From Phoronis australis (taxonomy: Eukaryota > Animalia > Phoronida): a DNA stretch of 64,000 nt. The DNA lies in assembly GCA_002633005.1 (NCBI GenBank), contig NMRA01000177.1, positions 186,001-250,000 of the forward strand, in the 5' to 3' direction. The notes beneath the pieces are model-generated. The model was not told the DNA's origin. It saw only the letters and a program-made list of their open reading frames with translations, and made no database searches. Position 1 is the first letter of the stretch. Each line of letters starts with the position of its first letter. A program made the translations under genes and the position numbers. Below, piece after piece: positions 50,101-63,134 of this stretch.

Positions 50101-53100
50101 ACCACCGCAGTGTCGAACTCCGCTGTTAAATCCACCTATTTACTGTGAAGTTAACTGGTGCTGTTAACTTCGATCCAGGACCAAATTTAACCGTTCATAC
50201 TGACCGCAACTTTCAAAACATCGACGTGTCGATACTAGTATGAAAGGGCCTTATGACACTTCCGTCCAAGTCCAAAAATCATCTCTTCTTATACCAAGGA
50301 AAGAATTGAGATAAGTTTCATAATGGTACGTGGTCTACATCATAAGCTATTATATTCAAGAAAAGTTTACATTTTTTCTAAAAGCAAACAGCCTGCAGAA
50401 TTTCATTTCAGACTAATCATACTAATCTGTCGTTGACTTTTTATTAAAGTTTGCAAAAAAAAGTTACGATCATAGCAAAACTAAGGTATCAATTTCTGAG
50501 TTGTCATTCTGTTTTTGTTTCACACAACTTTTCACTTTTTTCATGAAAATCATAAACCTCTATTTCTGACAGCCCCTCATGCAAAAGTGGACCAGTTTTA
50601 CGCACTTCACAAAACCGTTTTGGATTATAATGCACAATTACAGCATGATATCTGAAAGTTTCACATGAATTCGATCAGCCATTTCTGAAATATGACGATC
50701 TGAAGTTAGCCAACTTAGGACATTTTTCTAGGGACTCACATAACTTTAAAATCTACTTGGAAACCACAATCTGATGTTAAAAGCATCAACTTCCTACACT
50801 GGTATATTTGTTCTTCCAAAGTAACATTATTGCTCTTCGAATTGAAATTTCACAGGTGCAATGTTCAATTAAGCTGTTTATACAGATGGTTAAGCAGGGT
50901 AAATAGTTTACCATCAAAAACTTACCATCAAATTTACCATTATTTACAGGAATGTTGTGTTCTACAAACAGCACCATCGCCTTACAAATCAAGTACCTGC
51001 AGCCAGGCCTTTATCCAGGATTTTGAAAATAGGGTGTCCAAAAAGGGGTTCCCAATATTCCAGGGCGTCCATGATTCCGACGCGTAACCCCCACACCCCC
51101 ATTAATACCCCCAAACACACAGATTTTTTTACAAAAAAATGCATAGATCAAGGTTTTTACATCTAAGTTTATAAAACAGCCTTCTATGGTGAACATTTTT
51201 ACTAAAAAAACTGTGTAGACCAAGACTTACAATGCTGTCAATCAAGTGTCAAAATAGCAACAATGCATAAACTTTGTATATAGTTTTTACATTGTATATT
51301 TCTTCCTGCTTTGAAAAAAGAGCCCCCACTGTGTGCCTTCAGAGGCTTCCTAGTATTCATTACAATGTGTGAGTCCAAACTTGAAAGGTTCCTATTGACA
51401 GTGGGCATCCAAATGATACATTGGGTGTCCTTGCCAGGGAGCTCAGATTAGTGCTAGGGGCGTCCGGATGGACATACGCTGCATGAAGGCCTGTCTGCAG
51501 CCATATTGGCTATGGCCAACTGACGACCTTTCATAAAAAGAATTTTAAAATTTTGGCAAATAAGCAATAGCAAAGATAAAATTCATTATTTCAAGACAAA
51601 ATGTATTTCCAAAAATAGATGTCTATTATTTTACAAGAAATGAAGGAATTTTGGTCACATAACACTGCATTTCGCCATAATTACCTAGCTATAAAACGAT
51701 AATCGGTCTGTCTTAAAATCAGCCCCTTAGCATTCCTTACCATGATAGGATTCTATTTTCAGTACCAACTCTCAAGCCACCCTCCATGCATACATTTGTC
51801 ATTCATGAATGCACAATTAAGGTTGAGTAACCCCTGCCAATAAACCCCAATAACTTTTGTTGAGTGGCTGATGGCTTGGATGTGAAATAGAAACCTATCA
51901 ATGTAAAAAATACTGTGAGATGGATTTTATGAGAGTAACATACCCAGTCTGATTTTTGTTTTAGTCAACTATACTGCCCTTCTTTTAAATACTGAAAAAA
52001 TGTGAAATGCAAGAATCAGTTTGATTACAGTTTCAAGTTCCGTATCGTTTTGTGTTAATACTCTGTTTGGCTAAATGTCCACTGACGACTTTTAAGAAAT
52101 TTCACTTTCAATTGAATCATGTTCTGTTGCCAACAGTCTAAGGCCTACCTAGTGATCATTTAGTTTATTGACTTTAACATCCTGAATGTCAAGCCGAACA
52201 TGTACACAAGATTCACAAAACTGAGAATAAACTGCTCATTAACATAATTTACGAGCACCTGAAGGTCTCGAACCCCACGTAAGGGACAGTTAATCTTTAC
52301 ACCTATGGTAGAGATATTGCATATTAAGTACTAAGCGCTGTTACCTGACAATGTTGAATTCTAATCCATTTTTAATACACAATTTTCCAGTGGGCCAATC
52401 CCAACAAACTACGAAGCATTTTTTTGAGCCGCCGATGGTTTTGATGTTCTTGCTGGTAATGGAAATACAATCCTATCACAGTAACGAATATCATGAGGCC
52501 CAAGTCGATTTACATTTTTGTCAGCTAAACAGGGCAAATGCGGCTTTAATTGATAGAGAGTGTGAAAACACTACCTAGAATTGATAATCCCACTGGTGTA
52601 TGTGCCATACTGATGATACTGTCCCAGTCTTATCAATAACTGCGTGCTAAAATGTTCATTGTCTCATGAATAAATGTAATCATCTCAAAACCAGCATAAT
52701 GCATGAAACAAAATCAATAGAGTAGGCTATTAGCCATTTCAAAACTCATTTAGAATATGATATTGCTAAGAGCACAAAACAACGTTGTTTGGTTGTTTTT
52801 CAAGAAGCTTTAAGAAGAGCAGGGTTGAAACAGAATCTGGTGCACAAGTGAAAATTTGTTTTTTTTCATTTTCTTCACTGAAGAAAAGTTAAACAAAAGC
52901 AATGCTTAACCGTTTTCAACTTTCGCACAGCAGCCATGAAACAACATCTTGACAACAGAGGACATTTACAGCAAGCATTAAATCCTATGAATACTGAAAA
53001 AGAGCATTTTTCGACCAAAATTGGTAATATTGTATGAGGCCAAACAGACACTCAAACTAGTTGGGGTCTATGAATTTTTTAGAAACTTAATGCAGTGATA

Positions 53101-56100
53101 CAATGATTTTTAGTTTTGCCTAATTTTCAAAAAAAAATTTTAGAAAATTAGAAGACACCAATGCCTACATGCTTAGTTTAGTTGTAAGTATGCCCAGATG
53201 TTGAACAGGGCATGCAAATATTGAACAAGGTACCATGACGTGGGTGCCTAAATTTCAGCCAGAGTTTCCATTCTAATCATCAGCAAGACGAGAATGCTTT
53301 TTTAATAGGTTTATTGTTTTTGTCAGATGTCACAAGTTTACAGCAACTTTTTGAGAGAAATTTAGTCTTCAGGACAAAAGAGAACATAGTGGGACCAACA
53401 GGTGCGTGTGGATTACCCATGGAGCGGGTAAATGTGCCTAGTAACACTGAATGATATGTAACATATGGGTTACCAATATTTTACTTGTGTTTGTTCACTA
53501 AAATTATAGTCTCCTGGTTTACACATTTTTTATTATTTGAGACGGATAATTTATTGCGTAAATATCTTAATTTTGTCCTAATTTATAGAATTTTTACCTG
53601 TGATGTACGTAACTTAAACAATTTACATATCTATTTTTACATCTATTCCAGCTGTGTACATAGAATATGATAGGTGTGTGATAGAGTGGAGTGTGTACGG
53701 GATTCCAGGAGCACTGCACGTTGAAACATTGCGTGCCCTGAATAAAAAATAAAAAAACAAGCAAACAAATGACGGTTGACCACAGTGTACTTACACCTCC
53801 AGTATCCTGTCTCCCTTGCATATGCCGGCTACTTCAGCGGCTCCACCCTCCAGCACGGCGCTGACATGCTGTAGAGGGGCATACAGCTCACCATTGATAC
53901 TCTTCAACTGGCCACCCTCGCTGACCTGTCAAGAGACGACTAACTGGACATTAACATGCAAACAACTCTCTCTCTCTCTCTCCAAGTGTTCAAACACCAT
54001 GCACACACTCAATGTATTGCCAACCTGAAAATAGGCCACTGAACCACAAAATTAAGCACTCCATCATAGGCATGAGATAATCCTTGGATTAACATCAAGA
54101 CATTGCTCACATTTAGTATACAGAACACAGCCACCATGTCACCAGTGGGACATCACCCTCCGTGAGACGCTCAGTCAAGACTGTGGGGGACGGTTACAGT
54201 GAACTCTCACCAATCTAGGACACATTACGGTGGACTAGGGAAATTTTATTTCCTCATTTTTTCGCAAGACATGCAGCATCACATCAATTTTCAAGCTCTA
54301 TACCAGATGTTACCAGATGAAAATATTTTAAAAAACTGTGGGCATTAACGACAGAATTAGAAGTCCTTGAAAACGAAAAAATGTTAATTTTAGCAATCAT
54401 TTTTTGTCCAAAAGTGGTGAGATTTTACCTTACCTTTAGAGAAGATGTTCTATGAATGGTCAGCAGGATATAAACTATATGTGAAACGGAATCTAATTTT
54501 CGGTTTTCTTATTACATTTCCCGATCCTTCTTAGTTATAAATAACTACCCAGTAAATCAGACTCAGTTCTACAACTGGCACGGTTTAAGTGGCACGGTAC
54601 AAAAAAAAATTCCATTGCCTGTAGCAATGCCAAGAGTTATTTCGGTCAGGTAACATAAACTGTAACCATAATATTGTAGGCTAAGAAACTACAGTAACTG
54701 ACGAGTGAAATCAATCCCCAACTGGGTATCAAACCAGCATAGCCAGGTACCCACGCAAGACAAGTGCAGGGATTACATAGAAAGTAGCAACATGGCATTA
54801 CCAATCGTCTTAAGCTCAAGATCCCATGCGAGAGCAAAATATGACCTCTTTGAATTTCTGGTGATTTTTTGTAAATTAGAAACTTTTACGATTAGATATT
54901 GACATGGTGTGGTCACTGTGGTGGGAGTGCCGCATTCTTGTTTGTTTATAAATTACACTGAAAGGCTTGTTGAGATGAAAAGCATGGCAAAACCCAAGAT
55001 GATTTTAAATTGTCTCTACCAAGTGCCATTGGTATAAACTTGGGCCTCATTTTAGATAGCAGGTATAAATATGAATGGGAAATAACTAGTTTTGCTTGCT
55101 GTTAGATACCATCCGATAACACTCAACCATGAATGCTGACGTACAGGAGATAGAGTAGTTACCTCTAGGCCACCTGTTTGTGTTCGCAGACCTAGTTTTT
55201 GAGCCCGTCCTGGGCCCTTCATCAGGATACTGGCGGGAATCTTTGTGTCACACGGTCACCCATGGGTGGTCCTTGGTGGTTGTCCAACACCACCTGGTGG
55301 CTGTTACCTCTGAGGAGCCGCTGATAAAATGACTCAAAGATTTCCGCCAGTACCCCGACGAAGGGCCCAGTTGCCCAATTGGCAAATGTGCATGAACAGA
55401 GCAAGGTCGCAAATGCGCCCCAGTTTCTCAATAACTATTTACTCTCACGACATCCAGGTGAGGCGAAGACATATGACGTGACATACTTAAAGAGGTCATC
55501 AGCTTGCTCTTATGGTCGGCTGCTCAAAAAGCACAGTCTGCGTATATGACTTCGTCTTGTTACTTAAGTTTCATAACAACTCAGATATGAGCCATCACCA
55601 CATTATTAATGATGCGCTAAACAACTGTCAATTTATTTACTATTTATTATTCTCTATTTATTTATTAATATAATATTTACAATGAGGGTAGCCCCATCAG
55701 TTCACACTGCTTTCCATGGGGGCCCTCTGTAGAAAACAAACAGGTAGTAAGACAAAAACAGAATTACAAAATGAAAGACAAATTTAATTAATAAGCAAAG
55801 AATAAGAAATTAACACGGAAAGACTGATGAAGCAAAATAAAAAAAATTAAAAAATAAAATATGATAAGATAATTAACTAAAATATAAATATAAATATAAA
55901 AAATTAAAAAACAGACAATAAATAATTAATATAAGTAAGACATTATATGAATAACAAATAAATAAACATGCAATTCTTAGACACTACATGAAGTTAAATC
56001 TATTTCTTATAATTCTTTTAAAGAATAGAAAGGATGATGTACATTTGGCATCTGCAGGGAGAGAGTTCCATAAAAACGGCCCGCTGTGGGAAAATGATTT

Positions 56101-57835
56101 ATTCCCAGTTTCGCTTCTGCGTTTAGGAAGATTGAAATCAGATGATGATGAGGACCTAGTATTGTAGCGATTAGTAGTCATCTTAAACTTAGCACATAAG
56201 TAAGATGGGACAAGACCTTTAAAACATTTGTACATACAGGCAGATAGGAATTGATATTAGCAGTGTTTTCTGCAAAATAAGAGAGCATGACACTTAAACC
56301 TCTATTGTTTAAATAAAAGACAACAACGTGCATGGCAATGTAGAGAATGTAGTGATTTAGTAAAAAGTTTTTTTTTACAGACTCAACTATTTCAAGTTGT
56401 TTTTAACAAGATAAATAGTACAATAAACAATCAGCAGAGGATGCTCAAACTTTTTTGAAAAGACGTTGGTCGGTGAAAAGCTACGTTATAATATAATAAC
56501 GAACTACCAAGAAAATAAAGTTAATTACTAAATTGTCAATTAACGCCGTGAATTGTAATCATTTAAATAAACTAATTACGGGTATACACACTGGGGCACG
56601 TTTGCGGTAGACACATAACCTGTCTGTAACTATTCACAGACAAGCCAGAGAATGTGGTTACTGCTTAAAAACAGGTTTGCCTACATTTTGCATATCAAAA
56701 TGTTACCTGTGGAAGTTGCAAGACCTAAATGAAGCAACAGTCCCAGGTGCTAACGAACATAGAAAAAGTTGGGTCATGAAGGAAGACGGCAGTATATGCC
56801 GGAAGTTCCAAACAAACGTCTTGTTCACCACATGATCATAACAATACCAGAAAAGAAGTTAAAAGTTAACCCACTGGCCTAGTTTTTGCTTGTACTATGC
56901 CATTTGTAAATGACAATAGTCTTCGAGGGTTCCATGAAGCGGAATCGGAAACAGAAAGAGACGAAGGAGTCATTTTTTTTGGAAGTGGCCTTCTTAACGA
57001 GACTTCTTAAATTTGGAATTGCGAACAACAGAACATTATATTATAATCCAGATATTTTTGAAACAATTGTGAAGATAGAACAGTCCGAATTTGAAAAACG
57101 TGAGCTAAGCCAGCACATGTGACTGAGGGCAAAAAGCACTGGCATAAGGGAACACATAATCTACAGTGTACCCACGATTAACACCCTCACGATTTTCATT
57201 AAATAAACAAGTATTTAATGGTCTTAGCCATTACACTGAATTCTCAGACTGGCAAAGTAACTAAGGTTCCATTTTTGACAAAATTGTAAATTTGAAATAC
57301 AGGCCTACATTACAAATTACTGAAAATTCTAAAACTTAATTGAATTAAATTACTACATACAGGTCAGGAAATCACTACAATTCCTAGGGGTGTGCTTTTT
57401 GAAACATGGAGTTGCAGGGGGCGATCATGGGTAGCCTACACGTTTTTGCTATTCAAGTGAGTTGTCTTCACTAATTTTCGCTCAGTCAGATGAAACCAGT
57501 TGGAAGACCGTGAAATCAATGTTTCTTACATTGAGTAAGCTTTCCTAGAAATACCACAGACTTTACGTGGAAGTGCAAAATACGGTAAAAAAGTGTCGAA
57601 AATGGGTACACTATTGCTAGTTTTCGATTAGTTTGCGGCGGACTCGGGCCGTCAGGCCCCAGAGTCAGAAAAGCAGACGAGTCATGGGAAGAAATGTGAG
57701 CCAAAAAGCAGTGAAATGTCTCTTTACCTGTCCACGAACATTGAAGCCGAATCCAGTCTCAGTCTTTGAAATTGTAACAACACGGGGCCCTGAAGCTTCA
57801 ACTGGTGAGGAATCTTCCGCATCGGAATCCGCCAT
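32181..57835 (-). CDS. SNX27: Sorting nexin-27 (PDZ-PX-FERM-like), 504 aa, 13 exons
   Basis: Exons 57835-57728, 53925-53795, 47337-47255, 44538-44390, 43812-43620, 42950-42880, 42398-42288, 41433-41355, 38794-38634, 37045-36956, 35030-34881, 33427-33299, 32240-32181 (1515 nt, all phases consistent). PDZ: [47 protein letters not shown]: [28 protein letters not shown]-like: [20 protein letters not shown]. Confidence 0.95.
35287..35793. repeat. 42-bp minisatellite, about 12 copies (SNX27 intron 10)
   Basis: Unit GGTCATACTCCCTTGGCAACTCAAATGACCCCGCTATGACAT in head-to-tail array. Confidence 0.92.
36655..36965. repeat. About 43-bp minisatellite, about 7 copies, starting at the SNX27 exon-10 donor
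   Basis: Unit approximately TTAAAGTACCTCAGTTTGTGGATTGCATGGCAGGGTATGAGT; on the minus strand most units end in CAAAC(T/C/G)GAG|GTAC-like junctions. Confidence 0.85.
40479..41124 (+). mobile_element. Solo-LTR-like repeat
   Basis: Begins TGTCAG and ends GTAACA, with an internal TATAAA and repeated TAGAACATTC-type motifs. A homologous inverted copy ending at 49616 starts at the same TGTCAG. No convincing TSD. Confidence 0.45.
45560..45700 (-). mobile_element. tRNA-derived SINE
   Basis: Minus strand GGAGACAATGTGGCTCAGTGGTTAGAAC...GGGTTCAAGTCCTGG with Pol III A and B boxes, no proper acceptor stem, followed by a non-tRNA body; 3' extent approximate. Confidence 0.65.
47972..48010 (-). ncRNA. Minimal hammerhead-ribozyme-like motif (Penelope-type)
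   Basis: CCTGATGA-T-GTCT-tatgaat-AGAC-GAAA-CGTC-GGAT: core CUGAUGA, 4-bp stem II, GAAA, palindromic short stem III and a GUC site. Stem I is weak. Confidence 0.5.
48195..48455. repeat. Dispersed repeat homologous to 15845-16122
   Basis: Direct visual alignment in inverted orientation. Confidence 0.8.
49731..50251. mobile_element. PIF/Harbinger-like MITE
   Basis: Perfect 16-bp TIR AGGCCCTTTCATACTA / TAGTATGAAAGGGCCT; internal AACTTCGAT and CCGTTCATAC repeats. Confidence 0.7.
51004..51493. mobile_element. hAT-like MITE
   Basis: TIR CAGGCCTTTATCCAG / revcomp CAGGCCTTCATGCAG; 8-bp TSD CCTGCAGC / TCTGCAGC (7 of 8 identical). Confidence 0.75.
55188..55370. repeat. Inverted repeat (41-bp arms) with a degenerate hammerhead-like motif, probably Penelope-derived
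   Basis: Arms 55210-55250 and 55330-55370 are about 36/41 complementary. The minus strand reads CCTGATGAA-GGGCCC-aggac-GGGCTC-aAAA-ACTAGGTC. Confidence 0.55.
55632..56250 (-). mobile_element. 5'-truncated LINE (CR1/L2-like) 3' end
   Basis: ORF 55984-56235 ([13 protein letters not shown]...YNTRS....[25 protein letters not shown]...FKR) is the typical post-RT C-terminus of CR1/L2 ORF2. It is followed by an AT-rich UTR, a GAGGGCCCCCAT...ATGGGGCTACCCTC stem-loop and an (AATAA)n tail. Confidence 0.8.
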
Positions 57836-59117
57836 GTTTATTTTAAATCTTATTGACCTTGACCCCAGCGTTCATTTTTTCCGCAAGGAGTCAGGACTAT
57901 CGCGCAATAAATGCTTTGGGCCCAATCTCTAATCTTTTTACTTGAAATGGAACTCAAAATTATGTTTGGCATTTTCTACTCTACTTTTGTGCGATCTCAA
58001 GATAAGTCTCTATTGTTCAGTTTCAGAGTACAATGACTTACGTGGATAATTTATCAGTCCTAGTTTGCAGTTGATAAACCCAACATTAAGGCTAAAATTT
58101 CAGTTCGAGGTTGAACACGAAATTTCGAGTTTTCACTCGAGTTTGTAGCGCGAATATAAGGGTCTTCAAGTGCAAACTTGGACTAGAAACTCATATGCAT
58201 AAACTGTAATGTATTCGAGCACAGTCTGACAACCACTTATCGCGAGTTCGCACAAAGCAGTGAAACTGCCAAAAATAATTTCGAGTTCGTTCAAGGCGAG
58301 TACAAAGATAAGAGCGGACCGGGCCATGCCTGCCCCCAGTGATTTCTATGCTGTTCCCCGGCCAGCCAGTTAGCTGAAGACTATACAGCTTCGCACCAAG
58401 GCTATTGTTAAGCATGTCTATGGTTAGCAGAACTCGACGGGAGTCTGGTAAAAATCTAATGCTTGATGCACACTGACCTCACCATTGCACTTTTAATTTT
58501 GTCAGATGTACGAGCGCCACTTAATTCCCGGAGTACTCGACTTCGAGTGTGAAGTGTTTTCAGAGAGAGATAGAGATGCGAGAGGAAATAAATGCGCGCA
58601 TTTTACATTTATTCCGCAAGCCAACACTAGCGTGTATTGTATTTTATTACAGTGACAAGTACAATTAATTCTCACAATAGGTATTCGTAAGAAAAATAAG
58701 TACCCAGCCCAGTTGGCCTTATTAACCACACAACTCAGATGTAGGATTACTATAAATGCGACGGTTTCTAAGTTCAAAAGCAGAATTGATATATTTGGCA
58801 AATTGCCTACTATAGAGAAATACAGCGGTTTTAACGTATCTAATCTTCTGTCGGAAATCTCCAAAGTTCGGGACTTGAAGTGAAACATTATTAAACAGAA
58901 TCTAATAGACCTCTAAGAGTTATAAAGAGAACCATCAAACACAAAATGTAGCTCATCCTCCACAGAACCAGAATCACAACACAAGCAAAGTCTTTCACTT
59001 ACAGGAGTGTTTACATAACGACCAGTTTCCAATGTAAATGCAATGAGAGATTTCCTGCTCTAAGCTGAGCCAGAAGAGAGAATTAAGCTTTACATACGAT
59101 TCAGTTAAAAACTCGTG

Positions 59118-59660
59118 CAGACCTGCCAAGTCTCACGCATCTCGCGTGAGTCTCACGCATTTGGCCACTGCCTCACGCACTCACGCGAGCCTTAAGCTAT
59201 CTCACGCAAAATGAATTTTTTGGTCGTAAATTTTCCGAAAAACCTAGTTTTCTACGCTTATGTAAAGTAAATCAGTTCTTTCAAGTACCTTGCCATGAGT
59301 TCCGACCAAGCAAATCAATGTTAAACAATTCTAAGAAAGCAGCTTGGAATTATAATAAAGCTCATAAAAAGGGAGTGATGTCCGTCTTGTAATGACTAGT
59401 TGAAGACCTACACAATTGTATTGACATTATTATGAGTATTCTTTATTATAAAGACGATGTAATATCGTTTTCATAAAATAGGATGGTTTTTTATTAATGT
59501 AATATGACTAGTTAAGTCTTATATTTTGGGATGTATAAATTTTGATACTTAGTGAAGATATCGCCAGGAACCTCAAGCAAAATTTGAGCAAACTTGTCCA
59601 ATTTCAAGCAAAATTTCAACCAACCTCCAGCAAAGTTGTTATACCCCCTTGGCAGGTCTG
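59118..59660. mobile_element. hAT-like MITE
   Basis: Perfect 13-bp TIR CAGACCTGCCAAG / CTTGGCAGGTCTG with a subterminal CTCACGC array; TSD not conserved. Confidence 0.65.
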
Positions 59661-62448
59661 AAAATGTAGGTTCTTAACTTAGGATTTGTTACAACAGACT
59701 CCGCCCAAACATGTTTCGAGTATGTGCGAATAGTTTGTTTCTAGAATCTACTGTTACAAGTAGTCAAATTTTGAAAACAGGATTGTGCAGTTCATATGTG
59801 GTCAGATTTATTCCCGGCCGTGCAGTGATTGTGGCTGACTAGTGGGGGCATGACAAAAAGGCCACCGTCCCAACCGAGGAACAGGCTACGGACACGATTT
59901 TTCTTCGTTTCCCAAGTCATATCTCTCACGCTTGGCACTATGGTACCACCATCCAGTGTCAGTCGGTGACATTTGAGACTTGGTGCGTCAGTCGCCACTA
60001 CCTGCGTACGTGCTCTGGTGTTTGATGCCGTGGATTTTGTGAAGCTGTTTGTTCCCGGCTTGTTTGATATCATGTCAACCCATGGCCGTTCCGGAGGCCC
60101 CATAACCCCTAACGTGTGTGCCAGTAAAAACTTCCAAGAATGGACGAAGGACACGTAGAGAACGCCCAATTTAAGACTGACGTATAGACAAATCATAACG
60201 TGCAGGAATTCACCACTTTTTATTGAAAAAATGTTTTAAAGCGGCCATAAATTAACCCCACTTTTCATCACAAAAACGTTTGATTTAAACCTCGTACTGT
60301 TATTATTATGAAATGAGATTGTCCCTGGTGATGACTTCAGCCGGGGCGAAGGAACTGAAAGTTCGTTATTGCTTGAGATCAATCTCTATGAGCTGGTTTG
60401 TCGGTCGTGTCATTCCACGTGCCGAGGCATTCAACCAATTACTGTCGCTGTCAGTTCTGTGCAAACTCGCAAACCGGGAATCATTTCTTCACTAAGCAAA
60501 GACGAAATTGTGACCAATTTTGTAGCGGTAAACAGCAGTAGCGGATTTGGGGGGCAAGAAAGCCCCCCGCTCCAACTCAATATCCTGGATCCGACCTTGG
60601 TAATTGGTCTAAATCAATATTTTGCCTCTTGAACGTATTGGTCCTAATGCGCATGTAGGGTTTTGACAAATCCTGCCGCTGTCGTTGAGAAAGCAGGTTC
60701 TTTTGTAAATGATTTTACGCACTGTCTTGCTACTCTATGTATTCATTACTGAAATGACAAGGAAAACTCTGAACTAGAATGCTTAAAACTGGTTCTCATA
60801 AGGAATTGAAACTGCAGACTTGATGAATAGCAGGCGAGTTTACTTGAAAAATTGCTATAAAGTTATTTAAATCAGCCGTGTCAACTATCGACAATATTCT
60901 GGTCATTTTGCAAGAAAAGTCACAGACTCGTTTTCTGACTTACACTGGTTCCAATATGAGTAACCAAAACGTTAAAAATAATTTGAAAGACTGGTTAGAT
61001 TACGTAAATTCTTATTTAAAGACATGACACGTGTGAAAGAAAAAAGAAAATATACAACAGTACGACTATAGTCTTCAGCCTCTAACTTCTTTAGAAAGCC
61101 ATTCGCACCAACTCAATATGCCGCGCACGAGGATTGGTTCTACTCGTGTTTATTTTTCGTTGATCTTGTTCCCAACCTTTTCTAGTAGAGTCACCGCAGA
61201 CGGAGAGCTACCGACGAGCTATTCTACATTACCCTCGGTAGCTGAGCTAAATGACAGCTCACGTCTAGGCGTGAAAAAATAAATTACCCGTTAGTTCATT
61301 CTTGTTCCACCCTTGAAATGAGCTGTCAGCTCATATATCGTTCATTTGAGTCAATCAGCTGTGTTCAAAGCCACCCATGTCAATACCAAAACTTGAAAAT
61401 ATACACCAATGTCTATACCTGACACAAGAAGTGACCCATTGCAGTAATTGACCAAATGACCCCTAATGAAACACCATTGAAAAAACAACGACCAAGTACG
61501 AGCGCTCTTTTGGAAAATTTTCAAAAATGCTCCCATGGGCGTACATGTGCTTTCGAGGGGACACGGACATGGAAATTCCCAGGGTTATCTCATGGCCTAA
61601 TTTGCCGATGACCTCTTTGAAATCATTTGTCCCTGTATCAGCGCGGCTGTTCCATCTCACATACGATTGTGATAGCCTAAGTAATATATACGGGTAAATG
61701 ACCCGAGAGCCGGCCTCACATCATTAGTTTGTAACGGAAACAACGGTGTAAGTAAATCGTTCATGCAAAATCATTTCCGGTGGATTCTGAACATGAAAAT
61801 TAGGCTAAATTGATCCGGAATTATAACCAACCAACCAAACATTTTCTACGGTCTGTTTCGAAAGTTTAATATAACTTTATTATAACACTGCTTTTTTCTG
61901 TGCTTAGACATTCAAACGTTAGAGAATGAGCAGGTTTTGTGAAGAAAAATAACCCATTCTTGTTAAATGTGAAGGTACGCTAAAAAAAATTGGTTCATGA
62001 TACTTGTTTGTGTATTGAGGTCCATGCGGTTATCTGGTGTAATTTTTTCAAAAAGATTTTCTTTGAGTGTTTACAACAGGCGCATTGCCTTCAGACCAAC
62101 TAACGAACAAGTGGAGGTGTTCCTTGGAAAGGCGCATTTTTTACACCGAATATTTTCGTAATTTTTTACCCTTCAATATTTTTAAGTAACTGCAGTGCTT
62201 AGATTGAAAGAACAACACTTAATCAGACAAGTAATTCAATTTGCTCTTTGTGTCTACTTTTAAGGTTCGTACTTGGATATAACGGCAGTTAGACTTAGAA
62301 GAGCACGTGTCCCATACACAGTCTGTAGTATTAGACACATTTCTGAAAAAATCCATTTGTAGAAGTATAACAGAGGCCGGTTATGATACGGAATTCCTGT
62401 CAAATGAAGTAAATGTAAAGCCATTTTTTCTTATCTTTTACAGGTGAG

Positions 62449-62960
62449 ATGATTCGCCTCTTAGTCGCTCTTTATTCTCTGTGTGTCGTAACCCAATCAG
62501 CGCCGCTGGTTGAACAGTTCCTGGCGCGCGAAGCAAGAGGTTTGCAAAATCTTATTAGATACTGAAAGAAACTGTTCGTGGCTGAAATTGGGATATTTTG
62601 GACAAACGTGTTACAGTCTTCGTGTGCTTAGCTTTTTTTTTCATCTTTATCGAAGGAACGGTTAACACCATTGCAACTTTCAGTAAAAAACTTAACATTT
62701 ACTGGAGCGTTATCGGGTGGTTATAATCGCCGTTCCTTTGTTCAAATTTCCGTCGTTTGCTTTGTCTCATTTTCAAGTTTTCCATCTTTTGCAACAATGA
62801 ATACGCACTGCTCTATCTCGACATTGCAGCTAAGAATGGTTTCGAGAACGGGCGTTCCGTTGGCACCGTAACAGCCACGCGAGAGGCGTCGGGACTGGCC
62901 GCCAGCCGCAAGCACCCGGATGTACTTTACTCCCTGGATGATTCTGGCGGTAAAGCGGCT
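62449..62960 (+). CDS. Secreted protein of unknown function, 5' exons only (continues beyond the window)
   Basis: Exons 62449-62539 and 62830-62960 (canonical sites, phase 1 join): MIRLLVALYSLCVVTQSAPLVEQFLAREARAKNGFENGRSVGTVTATREASGLAASRKHPDVLYSLDDSGGKAA. It has a signal-peptide-like N-terminus. Confidence 0.72.
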
Positions 62961-63134
62961 GTGAGTAGTGTTTCTGAACATGTATTTTAATATATTTTAA
63001 AATGTTGTAAGGATATCAAAACAAGCTAGAAAAAATACTGCCACGCTGCACTGCTAAAATGATACTCATAGTCTAAAACGGCTGCTATAAGGGAGTGGGG
63101 TCGACATTATCCCCAAATTTTTTTCAACAAGTTC

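Noticed and set aside
59792-60632. 134-aa and neighbouring ORFs as a gene between SNX27 and the secreted-protein gene
   Set aside because: No recognisable domain or consistent splice structure; a decayed element or unannotated exon cannot be excluded.
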